DNA of 64,000 nt from the NCBI RefSeq assembly GCF_009914755.1, contig NC_060929.1; one strand, given 5' to 3'. The notes under the pieces were generated by a model. That model worked only from the letters and a program-made list of their open reading frames with translations, was not told the DNA's origin and made no database searches. The DNA comes from the human T2T-CHM13v2.0 reference genome, Homo sapiens. This document shows positions 13,906-28,260 of the stretch, one piece after another. The translations under genes were made by a program, and so were the position numbers. The stretch's first letter is position 1; each line of letters begins with the position of its first letter.

Positions 13906-15270
13906 CTCCAGGTGTCTGATTTTTATGCTTGAGAATAAAGATGTCTTCAGTCCTAGGGGCAAAATTCAATTGGGAAACCCACTTGCCCAGCCTCTGTCAA
14001 TCAGTGCTGTGTGTAGCAGAGGAAAGAGTTGTTAGTTTTCGTTGTCAGGGAATTTTCTTCATAGAAAAGTACATTAAAATACCAAATTACAGTATTTACA
14101 TATTTCATGTATTTTTCCCAACTGCGTTCCCATAGCAACTAAATCCATTTGCTCCCTACTTTCTTGAGTTATTTTCCATCATGAGCCATGCTTTATTAGT
14201 GAGGCAAGCAGTTTGCCCTCTGAATTGACTGTTTTGCTCTTTACTATTTCTTTGCCAGGGAACACAACTCTGTTGTGTCTTTCTAACTCCTGTACTCCCT
14301 GAATTTGATAAAGTTGGCTTTGCTAGTTTGGGCAGAGACAGTGTCCCTGACTGCTTTCCTCAGTCTGGAGCAGTCCCTGTTTTTTTCCAGTGAGCTGACC
14401 AAAAACAAAAAGCAAATGGCGAGGAAGGGTTCCCTCAAGAAACCTGTGACTGGGAAAGGATGCAAGGAAGGGAATTGCTTAAATCCCAAACAGTGACGAG
14501 TTCACCTGAATCAACAGCGGACAAAGGATAACCCAGCTCTCTGGGACCTCACTAGGTTTATCAGGTAGGGTCAGTGGTTAGATATCACGGCTTTGGAGAC
14601 AGTCACCCACTAGCAAGCAGGAAGGAAGTCAGTCCTGCTGCAGCTTCTGAATCCCCAGAGAGAGGGCCCAAAAGAGGCACAGGACACTGAGATTTCTTTG
14701 TGATTTCACCCAGACGACTTGGCAGACTTTAGGGCTTGTTTGTTTGTTTGAAACTATAACATTTCACTTGCTAATGAGGCTCTGCCTTGCAAGGGGACAG
14801 GGATGCCAGAGAAGACTGCGGGAGGGAGGCAGCAGGCCCAGTGCTTCAGGGCAGCTCTCCTTGTGGCCGCCTGACGCCAGGACGGACTTGGGCCACCAGT
14901 GCCAGAGGAGAGAGAAGCGGCACCAGAGACAAGGCGATGCTTCAAAATCATCTGTTCTCAGTTGCTGACTCAGACGCCTCCTTCTGTGCCAGCAGCACTA
15001 ATGAAGAGGACTTGCTTCCTCCTCTCTCTTAGGCTCCAAATAAAAACCAGAGCTATAGTGCAATGGCTCCCAGGCCAGGGGGCAAGTGATCCAGGCAGTA
15101 TCTCAGAAAACAGCAACAGAAACCACACGCAGCAAGAGCATCCCTCCCATCTGCAAGATCCAGTGCAACTTACATAGGTACATCTGTGGCATTGCTTGCT
15201 GCTGGGTTCTGGGGGTCATGGTGAAGTCCTTCAGTACTCTTCCACCAATAGCATTTATTCAAGGACAACT

Positions 15271-15745
15271 TCTATCAGTTAGGGTTCCAGCAGGAAACAG
15301 ATGGCACTCTCAAATTGGGTTATTTGAGGAGAGTTTAATTAAGGGACTATTTACAAAGGTATGGGCAGGATGTAGGAAAGACCATAAGTCACAGTGTATT
15401 ATCTCAGAGCTAGGAATAGCAGGGCACTGCTCCTACCCTAGGCGTAAGCAGTGGAATCCAGAGACAAAGCCACATGGAGTGACAGGAGCTGAGACCTTCA
15501 GTTGCAGGAGATGGCCAGCACACCACGATCAAGCAGGGAGGAAGCCAGGAAATAAATACCTGGACCTCATTCTCCTTCCTCCCTTCGATCTGCTGCCAGT
15601 GCTTCCTGGTGCCAAACTCAGCCAGAAACTGAGGGCCTGGGAGCCCTCACTGCTGCAGTCCATACAGGTCAGCCTCCTGGGGCTCAAAACAAGATAGAGA
15701 AGTGGGGAACTAGGAGGGTGGATAAAGACATCAAGCACCCTCTCT
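15271..15745 (-). mobile_element. LTR33-like ERVL solo LTR
   Basis: cagcaggaaacagatggcactctcaaattggg...aagggactatttacaaagg matches recalled LTR33. Confidence 0.75.
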
Positions 15746-16053
15746 TACAAATCAGAGCAGGTGAGATACTTCATGACCAAGGATATATTTGTTCTGCCAC
15801 TGCCAGAGCCCTCCCAAAAGCAGCAAATTCTGAGATAATAGTGTCCGGGGGTTGGAAGATAACATTGAGAGCTTGCAAAATGTTTAACCACAGAGAAGGC
15901 AAGTAGAAGCCCAACCTCCTCAAGAGCAGAGAGGTGATACTGAGAACACAGACGAGCATCCTAGCCCTGATTCAATGATACATCCCGCCATGGATCACAC
16001 GGTTGCTGTCCTGCTCAAAAGGAAATCATGAGCACCACGATATGCTCACTTCA

Positions 16054-16490
<437 letters not shown>

Positions 16491-18019
16491 CACTTTAAGA
16501 GTCTCACAAGATATACTTGGTTATCAAAAGTTCAATGTTTGAGGAAAATCAGCAGGGTTGGTTTCCATTCTGATGGAGCTAGGAGAAGAGCAGATATTTG
16601 AAATGGATGTACAGAAGGCTAGGTGAGATAATAGCAAGATGCTCTTCTGCTACGTTATGGGGTGGTGGAAGTGGAGAGGCAATACTAATTATAACATCTA
16701 CCCTACCTGATTTAAGAATCTCTGTCATACATTCTATATTTTGGCATCTGCTTGTCTTATAAGGAATCTGAAGAGTAAGTGCTATGTACAACTCAAAAAA
16801 AAGATGGTCTGACCAAATATTTATGGTGATGGTGGGAAGTATCACAGATTTTTAATTCAAGTTCATATGCAAACTTGATGGATCATTCTCTACTGCAATT
16901 TGTTCACAAAATTTCAAAATTTCATATTCTAGATTCTAAAACCAGCCCAAAGATTTATGCTTATATCAGTTCAACTCTAGAATTGTTCCACTCTAAGATT
17001 ATTAAAAAGAAGACAACATTTACCAAACTGCTCAAAAGAAGAGAACTGAGGTGGTAACATTAATTTAATATCTCTGTGCTTTGCACTGACTTTGTTCAGT
17101 ATATTAAATTTTTCCTAATTGTTTGCTTAATAAGGTACCCCATGCACTTGAATAACTTCATTTAAGAATCATTCTTTTCACAGTCTATAGCTATGGGGAT
17201 CATGTAAATATTTTCCCAAATAGATATTAAGTATTTTCCCAAGTAAATATTACAACTTATCACCTTGACACAGGCGAACCTGGAAAACATATGGTCACTA
17301 TGGTTATGATACATATAGTGGCACACTAGGGGTAACAGCATCCACAATAATAGCCAAAAATAGTCTCTCAAAAGCCTTTCTTTCACCCATGAACCTGTTC
17401 TCCACGAAACTTGATTCTTGTGATTATAGTGGTTCAGAGTAAATTTAGACAAATGGAGGCATTTGTCATTTCCCTTGCACCTTCACCCTTTTGCCTCCTC
17501 ATATCCAACAACCACCCCCTCCCGCCGCAAAAACAACATAGTAAACATGCAGAACACAAGCCAGTATGCTCCACTTTGTTCTTGAGCCATGGAATTTCTC
17601 CACTGTGCTCATTGTACACAAGCAACAGTATTATTTTCAGAGTGATAGAACACTTTGCCCAGACAGCTGAGGCCACAATTGTTCAGAAAGGCCCTTCAGT
17701 TTTCAATCTTTCATCTGTTCTCTACAATAATTGATGTGCAGGTCTTCAGAGCCACAGTCTCCTTCTAAGACCCAAATTAGTAATAGGGGGCACTTGGAGA
17801 GCTCCCTGTTGTCTCCTGTGGCTGTAGAGCAGGTTTCAGGAAGGAAAAATAAGACTGGCCCCAGTTGAGGGGGAGAGAATCGATCATCTTCCATCCACTG
17901 GGTTTGTGGTTGATTCAAAGCCAAGAATTTTTTAACCTCTCCTATAGAAAATAGGGAGCTATCACAGTTTTGTAAGCAGGGATGTGAATTAATCAATAAT
18001 AACTTTGTTGACAATGTGA

Positions 18020-18240
18020 ATGATTAAATGGGAGGGGTAGAGAGATAAAACTGCAGTAGAGACACTAGATAACAAGAGTTTAGCTCGGGCAACTAAAGCC
18101 GTGGTAGTAGTGAAGAAGACAAAAATAGAGGATCTCTAAGAAGAAAGCCTTTCAACATAGTCAAATGCTATGGAGAAGTTAAAGAGAATAAAGGATTAAT
18201 AAGATTTCTTTGAATTTGGCTATTTGTCTTTGTGGTTGCT
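18020..18240 (-). mobile_element. L2 fragment
   Basis: gtcaaatgcta..gagaagtt...tttgaatttggc resembles antisense L2. Confidence 0.5.
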
Positions 18241-18544
18241 ATTATGAAAGCTCCAAGGACATAACCCCTTTTCTCAGAAAACCTTCACTCTAATTGAGGG
18301 GCCCAAAATGTCATTGAAAAGTTAAAGTATCTAGAATAGAGTTTATGCCCATGAAATATTTAAGTGACTAAGAAGGTATTCTTCCATCTTTTCCTTTCCA
18401 CCTTTTCTTTCTTCTCTTCTTTGCTTCCTAGAGACTTGTTTTTTCCCAGATGACAAAAAGTTGCCACGAAAACAGTATGTTAGCTTATGAGTTCCTAATT
18501 TAAAATTATTTTTCTTTCTTTGAGTTAGTTCTGACATCACTTAC

Positions 18545-18610
18545 CATGTTAAGTAGTGGGTTTGATTGTATTTCTTAAAAAGATCATTCCAATATAGAAA
18601 AGATGATGGA
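18545..18610 (-). other. Candidate internal exon (66 nt) of an unidentified spliced transcript
   Basis: Minus strand: tctcttatcttatccttttgcctctag| ... ACATG|gtaagt. Confidence 0.4.
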
Positions 18611-20619
18611 CTAGAGGCAAAAGGATAAGATAAGAGATATTCTTGTTTCTGGTCATTCAAGATGGCATCCTGTCTTTCAGGTGCCAAAGGATGAATATGA
18701 TTCCTTACAGGCAAATTCAAACTCCACTGGGTCAAAAACACAAATACGCAGTTACAGACGAAATCCTTTCCCCAAATTACAAGGCTTAGAACCAGGCAGT
18801 CAGCTTAAATCTTAGAAGGACAGAGTTCCTCAAAGGTGATCCCAAGGCTGCCACAGGAAGCAATAATAAAGCTCAACACATGCTCTGGCTTAAACAATTT
18901 GCAATTAAGTTCAAAATTCAGAGGTGCTCAGAGTGCAAAGACATTAAACCTCGATATTTATTCTGCAGAACACACAGGAACAACGATGAAAGAAACAAAT
19001 CCGTTGTGATATTATGAAGTAACTATCCCAATCTCATAAAATCCTCTCAGTCTTCTGTTTTCTGCCATGAGCTTCATTTCACTAAAATACACCCCCAACC
19101 ACTTTGTGGACATGTTTTACATGTCAACAAAGGAGCAAATAGTAACTAGAGTAGACAAAGAGACATTTATCTCAGACTTACAGATTTATATATAGTGTGG
19201 CCAGACATTCTTTTCTGTATTTTGCCCTTTGCACTTGCATTCTTTAGATGGTGTGTCTAACTGCTATGTTGTATGCTCAAGTGCCTCTGAATACCATATA
19301 TTACCTTCTGTTTAAACCCACATTGTTCTCCCCCTGGTTTTTGGTCATCTCCCCATCCTCTATGACTAGTGTAGTGGTGGGGTTTGCTTTAATTCCAATC
19401 GGCTACATACCCTAAATTCCATCCAGAGCATTTATTTGCCTGGCTTTTTGGCATCTTCCCATGTGCATCTGCATTCCTGTAAGGGTAACATCTTCATCCT
19501 TTTCCATTTCCCCTCTTTTCCATTTCCTATGGTTTTCTCTGTTTCTGTTCTTTGGCCAACCCTCCCTGCAGCTACATGTGTTTTTGAATCTTCCCTGTGT
19601 TTTTAAATTTTCTTGGTATTCTTAGCCTTTGGGCTTTCAGGACTTACTCAAACTCTCTCAACTTTCCTCTGCCGCCTTTCCAATTACTTCTCGGTCTCAT
19701 TTTGCGTGGCCTACCCATAGCTTCTTTGTAAGTAAAATTTACTTTGTATGCAGTGAAATGCTTTACTAGGGTAGGATTCTGTAACCTCTCCTTGCAACAC
19801 AAACTTCAAAGTCTTTGAGATGAGTGATTCACATATCCATTTTGCTTCCAGTCTCACTCGCTCAGAGTTCTAGCTTCTCCTCTGCCATTCCTCTATTAGA
19901 AAATGTCCCAGGATTGGGAAACATGCTAAGAGTGAGATGGTGCCAATGGCAAATAACTTAGATGTCTTTTCCTAACGTTCTACATGATCTCATCATCCTT
20001 CCCCAGAGGATTTTCTAAACCTTGCGCTAGGCACAAACACAATGCCACAAAGATTCACACTGGAAGCTTGTTATTGAAAATTAACCAGGAATTATCCTAC
20101 AATCCACGTGGTTCTCATTGTCTTCCTATTAGACTTGCTGATCATTAGGCAGTTATGTGAGTCAGTTATTTAGGATTCATCTTCCTTCTCCCCTTTGTGG
20201 GCTGGCACATCTTGATGAAGGGCCTCATTTGGAAGGGACAGTCTACACATTTCTATGAGTACAAGATCATATTTATTTTTAGTCCAAAACACAATTTTTA
20301 AATGCCACAAAAAGCAGATGTATGGATCATTCTGCCTAATGCTCTGCTTATGATAATGAACTATGGGCATGTTCTAGGATATTCCTACTTTAAAGAGGGA
20401 CTATAATATAAGAAAATTCATTGTAAGATGCCAATTTGAACTTATGCATTAAATTGCCTTCCCTCCCATATTCCCTCTGAAATGACCAAAATATTAAAAT
20501 CGGGGAGAAAACATTCACATCAGCCCATGAAAACAGGAAAGTTATACAAATAGTCCAAAAACAGAAATGAAGTTTTTCAAGATATAGCTTAGGTGAACTG
20601 GATTTAAATACCAATATAG

Positions 20620-20890
20620 AATTACGGTTAATATTCTGAGAGGATAATAGTGTTAGTCTTATGCTAGGAAATACATGCTGAAGTATTTAGGAGTGAAGTG
20701 TCATGACTCTCAATAGTTCAACATACTCTCAAATAGTTCAGGGTGAAAGAAGATGTATGTAGAGAGAGATAAGCCAAGTAGAGCAAAATGTTGATTTTTG
20801 AAACTTGAGTATATGGATGTTTAATATACTACTCATTCTCTTTTCTGTATACTTGAAATTTTTCATAATTAAAATTTGGATAAAAAATTA
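20620..20890 (+). mobile_element. L1MC/ME 3' UTR fragment
   Basis: atacatgctgaagtatttaggagtgaagtgtcatga...ttgaaatttttcataattaaaa. Confidence 0.7.
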
Positions 20891-20999
20891 AAGGAAGTAC
20901 TGACGTTCCTGTGACCCAATCCATGCCAAAGGAAAGCTACTCTGGCAATACTTAGGCATGATGTATCATGAAAACTATCACTCTCTCTCCCCAAATAAA

Positions 21000-23950
21000 T
21001 AAACAAACTCAGGGAGTCTGCAAGTTTGGGGAGGGAAATACCGCAAATATGAAGACCTGGATCAAATGAGAACAGGTAACAAAAAAAATCAGTTTTCCAT
21101 TATTCTTTTACATATATGTTAAATATGAAAGATAATGAAGCAATGTATATAGAATTTTGAGGATAAGTTAAACATTGAAGTCCACAATTATATAAGCAGC
21201 TAATCAAACATACAAGAACTCAGAAAGGAAATTAATCACATAGTCTTTTGACAAATTTATTTGGAAGAATATTTCAGCATGCTAGGAAATAAATCATAAA
21301 CAGAACTCAAATATAAGTATGCTCCAATATAAGAATTGTGACAGTGGACAATGAAACCAATTTCTATTAATTTACCATTAATGTCGACATAACCAACTTG
21401 CAAAAGATTTTGAAACTTAATACAAATGCTAAAAATAATTATTTTAGAAATATTTGTTAATGTAGAAAAGAAGTTAATAAAAATAATCTGGATCTAAAGG
21501 GTTCAACATAGTCAAATGCTGTGGAGAAATTAAAGAGAATAAAGGATTAACAAGATTTATTTGAATTTGGATCTAAAGGGTTGGTGGGGTGAAAGCAAGA
21601 AGGAAGAAGGAATGAAGATGTGCTACATCATTCATTTTACATGGGGAATCTCATTTCATTCCTGATAGACAAATATGAGTTTATACTCTTTAAATAATTA
21701 AGAATAACTGCTGGGAGACTAGAAATAAGTAACTTTCAGACAATATACAGGAGGGGGGCAGGAAAAAGACCAGGGTTCGGTAGAACAATGTTGGGGAAAA
21801 GAAAAAGAGAGCAGGAGAGAAAAAAGTTGAAAAAATATATAAAATAAAATGACAGAAATAAGACCAATACGTGTGAATGGGATAAAATCTACTCATATAA
21901 GATAAAGACACACTGGATCAACAAATAAAATTCAACTATATACTGTTTACAAGGCACACATTTGAAGCAAAATGATATGAAACAGTTAAAAAAAAAAGAG
22001 AGATGAGCAAGGATATGCCAGGGAAATGCAAACAAAACAAGAATAATATTAATGAACAAAACAGCATTGAAGCCAAGAAAAATGATTAAATTAGACAAAT
22101 TTGTCAAACACAAAAAAGTAAAATCTACAATGAATATGTAAAAGCTAAGTATAGCACTGAAATATTTTTAAAACTATTAAAAATGCAAGAGAAAATTAAC
22201 AGAATTATTACCATAGTAGAAGATTTCACATTCCATTGGAAGATCAAATAGTCAAAAGTAAATAAGAGTATTTTTTAAATTGAATAATACAATTATAATA
22301 CCAGAAATTAAAAACAAAATAATAGACAAAAAAAATCAAGATACTTAGAAATTAAAAAGTACCCTTCTAAACTCTTTGGTCAGCAAAATAGTACAAATTC
22401 TAAAGAAAATACTATTAGCATCACATCATATTTTCCATGGTTTATGTGATGTTTGGCCAAAGATACACTCAGTAGAAAATCTATAACATAAATATTCTTA
22501 TTAAGCAATAAATGGTAACAATTAAGCATTAAAAATTAAGATGTAAAAAGCTGATTATTATATAGAACTCTAAGTTATTTAATTTGAAATCTTTTTTAAA
22601 TTGACTTTTTTTACTAGAAAAAAATAAAATAACAAAATTGACTTAAGAAGTTTCCAACCCTTTTTTTTGGCAGGGGTGGGGACAGAGTCTCACTCTGTTG
22701 AGGGAGTAGACTGGAGTGGAGTGCAGTGGCACTATCTCAGCTCATTGCAACCTCCACCTGCCAGGTTGAGGTATTTCTTGTGCCTCAGCCTCCCAAGTAG
22801 CTGGGATTACAGGCGTGCACCACCACACCAGCTAATTTTTGTATTTTTAGTAGAGATGAGGTTTTGCCATGTTGCCCAGGCTGGTCTCTAACCCCCAGAC
22901 TTCAAGGGATCTGCCCGCCTCTGCCTCCCAAAGCACTGGGATTACAGGTGTGAGCCACCATGCCTGGCAATTACTAATATAATAAACTAAAGATATAATA
23001 ATAAAGTCATCCCCATTAGAATGAGAAACAAGACAGGCATACACCTAATATTTAGCACCACTCTAGAAATGTGTGACAATTAAAATGTACCCAGAAACAA
23101 AATAAGAGTATCAATATTGAAAAAGAAGAGGAAATTATCATTATTTCTTGATTATTTGATTGGTTAAACTGGAAAACCTAAGAGAAACAACTGAAAAAAA
23201 GCTAGAATCAGTAAGAAAGTTTGTCAGGGTGTCCACTTAAAAAAATAAAATATTTTAAAAGCAATAATTTTCTTATATGCCCTAAATAAGTAGCTAGAAT
23301 AATGGGAGAAAACCATTCACAATAGGAGTAAAAAGTAATAATAATAATGCTGTGGACCTAATAATCAAGTTAATAAGAAATATGCAGAACAAATATTCAT
23401 AAAATAAGAAAATTTTAATGAGACATATAAAGACTTGAAAAATGAAAAGATATACTGTTTCTAGATAAAATCACTGCATATTGTAAAGATTTCCTCCAAA
23501 TTAATCTGTAAACTTAATGTAATTACATTTAAGATCCAATGGGACATTTTTAAGATGAGAAAAGTATTATAAGCATAGAAGATAAACATATAGAAAAACC
23601 CAGAATTATTTTAGCAGTATGGAATTGGTCAAGGAAATTATAGCACATCGATACAAAGCAACACATAGCAGTCATTTGAAATGTTTGTGTAGCTCTAAAT
23701 TTAGGGACATGGAAAGAATATCACGAAATATCAAGTTGAAAAAGCAAATTGCAACTTTGCTTATTTTAGTTTGAGCCCATTTGGATAAATTAAATACATA
23801 AACAAAAAAAATAAAGTCTTGAAGATATACATCAAAATATCAAAAGTTATTTTTAAGAAATTACAGGTTTTTAAACTATTTAAAATTTTGCTTATATAAT
23901 TTTTCTAATTTTTCTACAATTAATATATGTTATTATTCTGATTTAAAACA
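21000..23950 (+). mobile_element. Fragmented old L1ME, interrupted by an Alu
   Basis: EN motifs (ttcaactatatactgtttacaag), ctggaaaacctaagaga, ctccaaattaatctgtaaac and a 3' UTR-like end. Confidence 0.7.
22661..22968 (-). mobile_element. Alu (J/S)
   Basis: Antisense dimer ending gtgagccaccatgcctggc. Confidence 0.93.
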
Positions 23951-25081
23951 AAAAGTATGGCCTATTTCTTACACAGGCCCACTACGAGTCCTACACCCTT
24001 GAGTTTATCTAAGCCCTTCTTAAATTCTACCATATTTGGACCTATCTCTTAGAATAATATATAAAGCCACACTTTTTCTTTGGTCTTAAAACTACCTTCA
24101 GTATGTATTCTTTGCTCTTATTTTTCTGAGTTGTTTTTTACGAGGAAAATATTCTCACCTGATTCATTTCCTTCATGACACTGTAAATTTTTATCCCATC
24201 CTACTCCACCTTCATCCTTCCAGATTGAGAGCATTAAGTAGTCAGCCCATCCTCATAAAGAAGCACTCATTTGCTCCATCTCTATTTTTACTACATCATT
24301 AAAATGACCACATGGCCAGAACTGTGCAGTACATTCCCAATTTACTTTTCCCTAACTTCCACTGTGTAAGAGTTATTCTCCCAAATGTAAAATACCATCT
24401 TCAATACTATTTATAACAATATTCATTGAGTCAAATATGTCTATGGATTACTTCTGCACTGTCCACTGGGAAAGCAGAATCTCTCTTAGGTCAATTTCAA
24501 TGACAACATCTATAATACTATAGCTTTTTACCTCCCAAATAGACTTAGATTTGTCTAGACTGCACAGATGAATTTACATCCACATTCCCAAGGAAGGCCT
24601 TTTGTGAATCAATAAGTGCTATCCTCATGTCATTTTTCTTGCTGTCAAAATGCCACAGTAAAGGAAAAAAGGTCCCAACTCAGCCTGTGTAAATTGTTAG
24701 TTTTAGGCTCTTCCCAAATTACCCTGTGTGGCCGTGTACTCACAGAATGTCTGAAATGGTCTGATTAAATGTGCAGCATCACTAGGAAGAAGTGGAAAAT
24801 CTGCTGTTTAAATTTGGATAAAAGAGACTGGGAATGGGAAGGGAAAAGAGTAAGACCAGGTAGTGGGCAAACATGGAGAGCCGAGGGAAGGAGTAGAGGC
24901 CACGATCCGTCTGCTCATCAAGTCAATATAACAGCGCACCTGTATGGAGGAGGTCAGCTACGCAGCAGCGAGCCATTTTGATTATCATTATGAGGCTGCT
25001 CACACAGACCATTTATATGTTCACTCTTTTGCGTCCACCATTTATTGTCACACGGAAAGGGAATATTGACATCACACTTAC

Positions 25082-25203
25082 CCTTCATTTCTTCTCACCC
25101 GAACTGTCAGAGCCTCCCAGTACAGTTCCATTCCTGTCCACTTCATCTTACACATTGGTGTCAGAGTGATATGTTTAAAGAAAGTTTTTAAGTTGTCACT
25201 TTT
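25082..25203 (-). other. Candidate internal exon (122 nt), apparently L2-derived
   Basis: Minus strand: ~30-nt T/C tract then aaccag| ... GAAGG|gtaagt; body resembles L2 (tttaaacatatcactctg...gggtgagaagaaatga). Confidence 0.5.
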
Positions 25204-26026
25204 CTGGTTAAAAAAAAAAAAAAAGAAAAGAAAAAAGAAAGCTGTCTCTTGGTCCCTATTGCTTCCGCCGAAAACCTTTCTGAATAGAGGAAAATCACAT
25301 CATGTGGAATATGAAGCCCCTCTAAGCCAAGCCCAGCATCTTTTCCAAAATGCACCTTATCCCAGCTCCCAAATTCCTCCCTCCCCAATGAAGCCCTCCC
25401 ATTTGCTTTTGCTGGCCTTTCCTTCTGTATGGATTCTCTGGCTTCCACTTCTACCTGTCCAAATATCACCCATTTTTAAGATCCTCCACAATTGCACCAG
25501 CTGGGGACTACATCATTACCTTCTTCCTACTTTCCTTTCTATTCTCCAAGGACTTTCGATGAATCTCAATAAATCCCTTAGCACAATAAGAAAACAACAA
25601 GCACATGAAGAGAACTCACTAAATACTGGGTAGGGTGCTAAGTGTTTGAAATAGGGGATCCTTTGATTGTAAGAAATAGAAACTTTCTGGAAACAAGCAA
25701 AAGGGATTTTATTATTAAAACTCAAGGAACCCTGGGCAAAATGTATAATCAGGAAATCAAGGAAGCACTGTCTTCTCTCTCTCTGTTTCTCCCTTTCGCT
25801 CCCTTGCTGTCTTCCGGCAGTGCCTCTTCCTTGTTGCTGGACAGTACAGTGGAGACATTGTGAAGACACTCCCTCCCTTCCTCCACCAGCCACTACAAAA
25901 CCATAGAAATGACTCGACCTCTAATTTATGAATGTTGAGTGGATATTCTTTATATGTGCAGATTATTATGTATAAAAATGATTACTAGCAAAAGAACAAA
26001 AGAAGGTTATTTGTATTAGGTAAATA

Positions 26027-26190
26027 TACCCTATTTAATCAAGTCTAAGACACCACTGATTGTGGGATACCTCTCTATTTTAGGTACCATCAAGAAAGAA
26101 AAAAAATGCCACCTTTCATAATGGTTAAGAAGCTGTCAGTTGTAAGATATATCCTTATTTTTAGAGATGTTAAAATGTAAAACAATTTCT
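26027..26190 (-). mobile_element. MER104-like Tc2 MITE
   Basis: tctaagacaccactgattgt...agagatgttaaaatgtaaaa. Confidence 0.6.
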
Positions 26191-26318
26191 TTTTACATTT
26201 CCCATTTAATTATATTTTACAGGTCTCCCAATTTTTCTCCCCATCAAACGTGCAGATAACCCATCATTCTCCAATTTCTTTTCATCTCTAGCTGTTTTGT
26301 CTTGATCAACTAACTGTG

Positions 26319-26545
26319 TTTTTTTTAATTGATATACAATAGTTGTACATATTTTGGGACACATATCACATTTTGATACAATGTATAATGATCAAGTCAG
26401 GGTAACTGGGATATCCATCACCACAAACATTTATTTTTGCTTTGTATTGAGAGCATGACAATTCTTCCCAAATACTAGAACTTACTCCTTCCATTTAACC
26501 TTATTTTTGTACTCCTTAACCAACTTCTCTTCACCCCCTTCCACA
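26319..26545 (-). mobile_element. L1MA 3' end fragment
   Basis: ttaattgatatacaatagttgtacatattttggg...tgggatatccatcacc. Confidence 0.8.
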
Positions 26546-27289
26546 ATGTGATACTTGATGAAATGTTATATGTTGAAAATAAATTTTAAACTTGCCTTTG
26601 TGCTGTACCTAAGATCACAAAAGGAGAGGTTGTTTAAACCATTTTCCAAGGAGAAGCCCAAAATGACCAGCTTACTACTGCATAGACCCCCAAAAGGACC
26701 CAGCAGGGAGGGGTCCTTCCAGAAGCTATCAGGAACTCATCAACTCAACTCAAAGATGATATCAATGACAGTAAATCAGTAATTAAAAGCCTTTTGGGTC
26801 AGACCATATAGACTACCCAGATAACAACTGGAAAGAGCTGGTCATAGGTTTCCCATCCTGAAGCAAAAGAAAAACTCCTCACTGTCTACTCCCTAGCCCT
26901 CTGAGCCAACTCAGTTCAGGAGTCCAGATGTTCAGGCAAAGGGTGGCTCTCAACCTCATCACCAAGATGAATATTTTCACTCTGCACTGCTCTCCCTTCC
27001 CTAGGGTGACTAATATGGTGGTTCTGGAACAGTGACTACTACTGCCCAGCTCCGCTTCTGCTCCCTGCTTGTACGATGGCCTAAAAGTGGGCTGCTGTCA
27101 GGGCCAGTTATTGATCTAAGGTCCAAGAGGACAGCATATAAAACTCTCCACAGAGTCCAACTGTTCCTGAAAATAGTTTATTCTTCCTCAATATTACCTC
27201 TAAGATCTGTTCCCACTGTTGAGTGTACCTGTGGCTCCTCCACATCCACTCCTGCATACTACTCTGCCGTGTGAATGCACAAGGCAGTC

Positions 27290-27830
27290 ACCCATCCTCC
27301 CATCAATAACATTTGGCTTACTTTCTGTATTTTTCTTCCTCATCAGGAGAGACTCTGCAAGTCATTATAAATGTCTGCAGAGTACGTGAGCAAATGTTTT
27401 TCCAGAGCATATACCTAGACATGGAATTGCAAAATCTTAGGCTACCTTCATATTCAGCTTTGCAAGATAATGCCAGATTATTTATCCAGAGTGGTTGTCT
27501 TAATTTACATTTCTATAGGAGATATGAGTTCCCATTACTTCAGACTTCACCAACAACTTGAGATAGTCAGAATTCTTAATTTTTTTGTCCATGTAGTGGA
27601 ATGAAGCAGACAATATAGAGTATATTATTTATAAAGTTCAAAAAACTGCTCAAAAATAAATTTGTTTAGGTGTATCTATACTTGTGATAAGAAATGATAA
27701 ACACAAAATTCAGGATAGCAATGACCTCTCAAGAGAGGTCAAGGAATGGGGTTATTGTGTTTATACACAGACATGTGTATATATATTGATTTTATTATTT
27801 CAAATAATACACAATAAAATAATATTTTTC
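27290..27830. mobile_element. Old L1 fragments in both orientations
   Basis: Antisense atacctagacatggaattgc and tccagagtggttg, then sense tttataaagttcaaaaa. Confidence 0.55.
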
Positions 27831-27859
27831 AATTGCTTTATTCTCTGTTCACATGACAC

Positions 27860-28090
27860 TGAAACAATGGCTGCAGGCACCCTTGAAATTACTTGCTTAT
27901 AGCCTCATCATCCAAAAGAAAAAAAGTTCTTCCCTTCTAGCTCCAGATAGAAAAAGATAAAATCTCAGAGAAGGAATCTGATTGGCCCAGATTAGATACT
28001 GTGTCCATCTCTGAACCAATCACCGTGACCAGAGGTAATAAACACTAACTGACCTATCTTGGGCCCACTTCTGTGGCCAGAGGGATAGAA
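27860..28090 (-). mobile_element. MLT1-type MaLR fragment
   Basis: tctgattggcccag...ctgaaccaatcaccgtgaccagagg. Confidence 0.6.
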
Positions 28091-28184
28091 TCTGTAGCCA
28101 TAAAGTGTGAGGTGGCATGGAGCGGTGTGAAAAGGCAAAGCATGACAAAATCTTATGAAGTGTCAATATCATCACCTTCTAAAG

Positions 28185-28260
28185 GTCATGGAAATGATAG
28201 GTGGCAGGGCTGGATTCAAACCCAGATCTGCATGACTCCAAAGCCTAGGCACTAGTCACT
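28185..28260 (-). mobile_element. MIR fragment
   Basis: gtggcagggctggattcaaacccagatctgcatgactccaaagcc. Confidence 0.75.

Noticed and set aside
15086-15697. 203-aa ORF, the longest in the track
   Set aside because: Non-ATG start, mostly overlaps an LTR33-like element, no recognisable domain.
19300-19750. Pyrimidine-skewed stretch, possibly an ancient retroelement
   Set aside because: No motif or frame I could assign.
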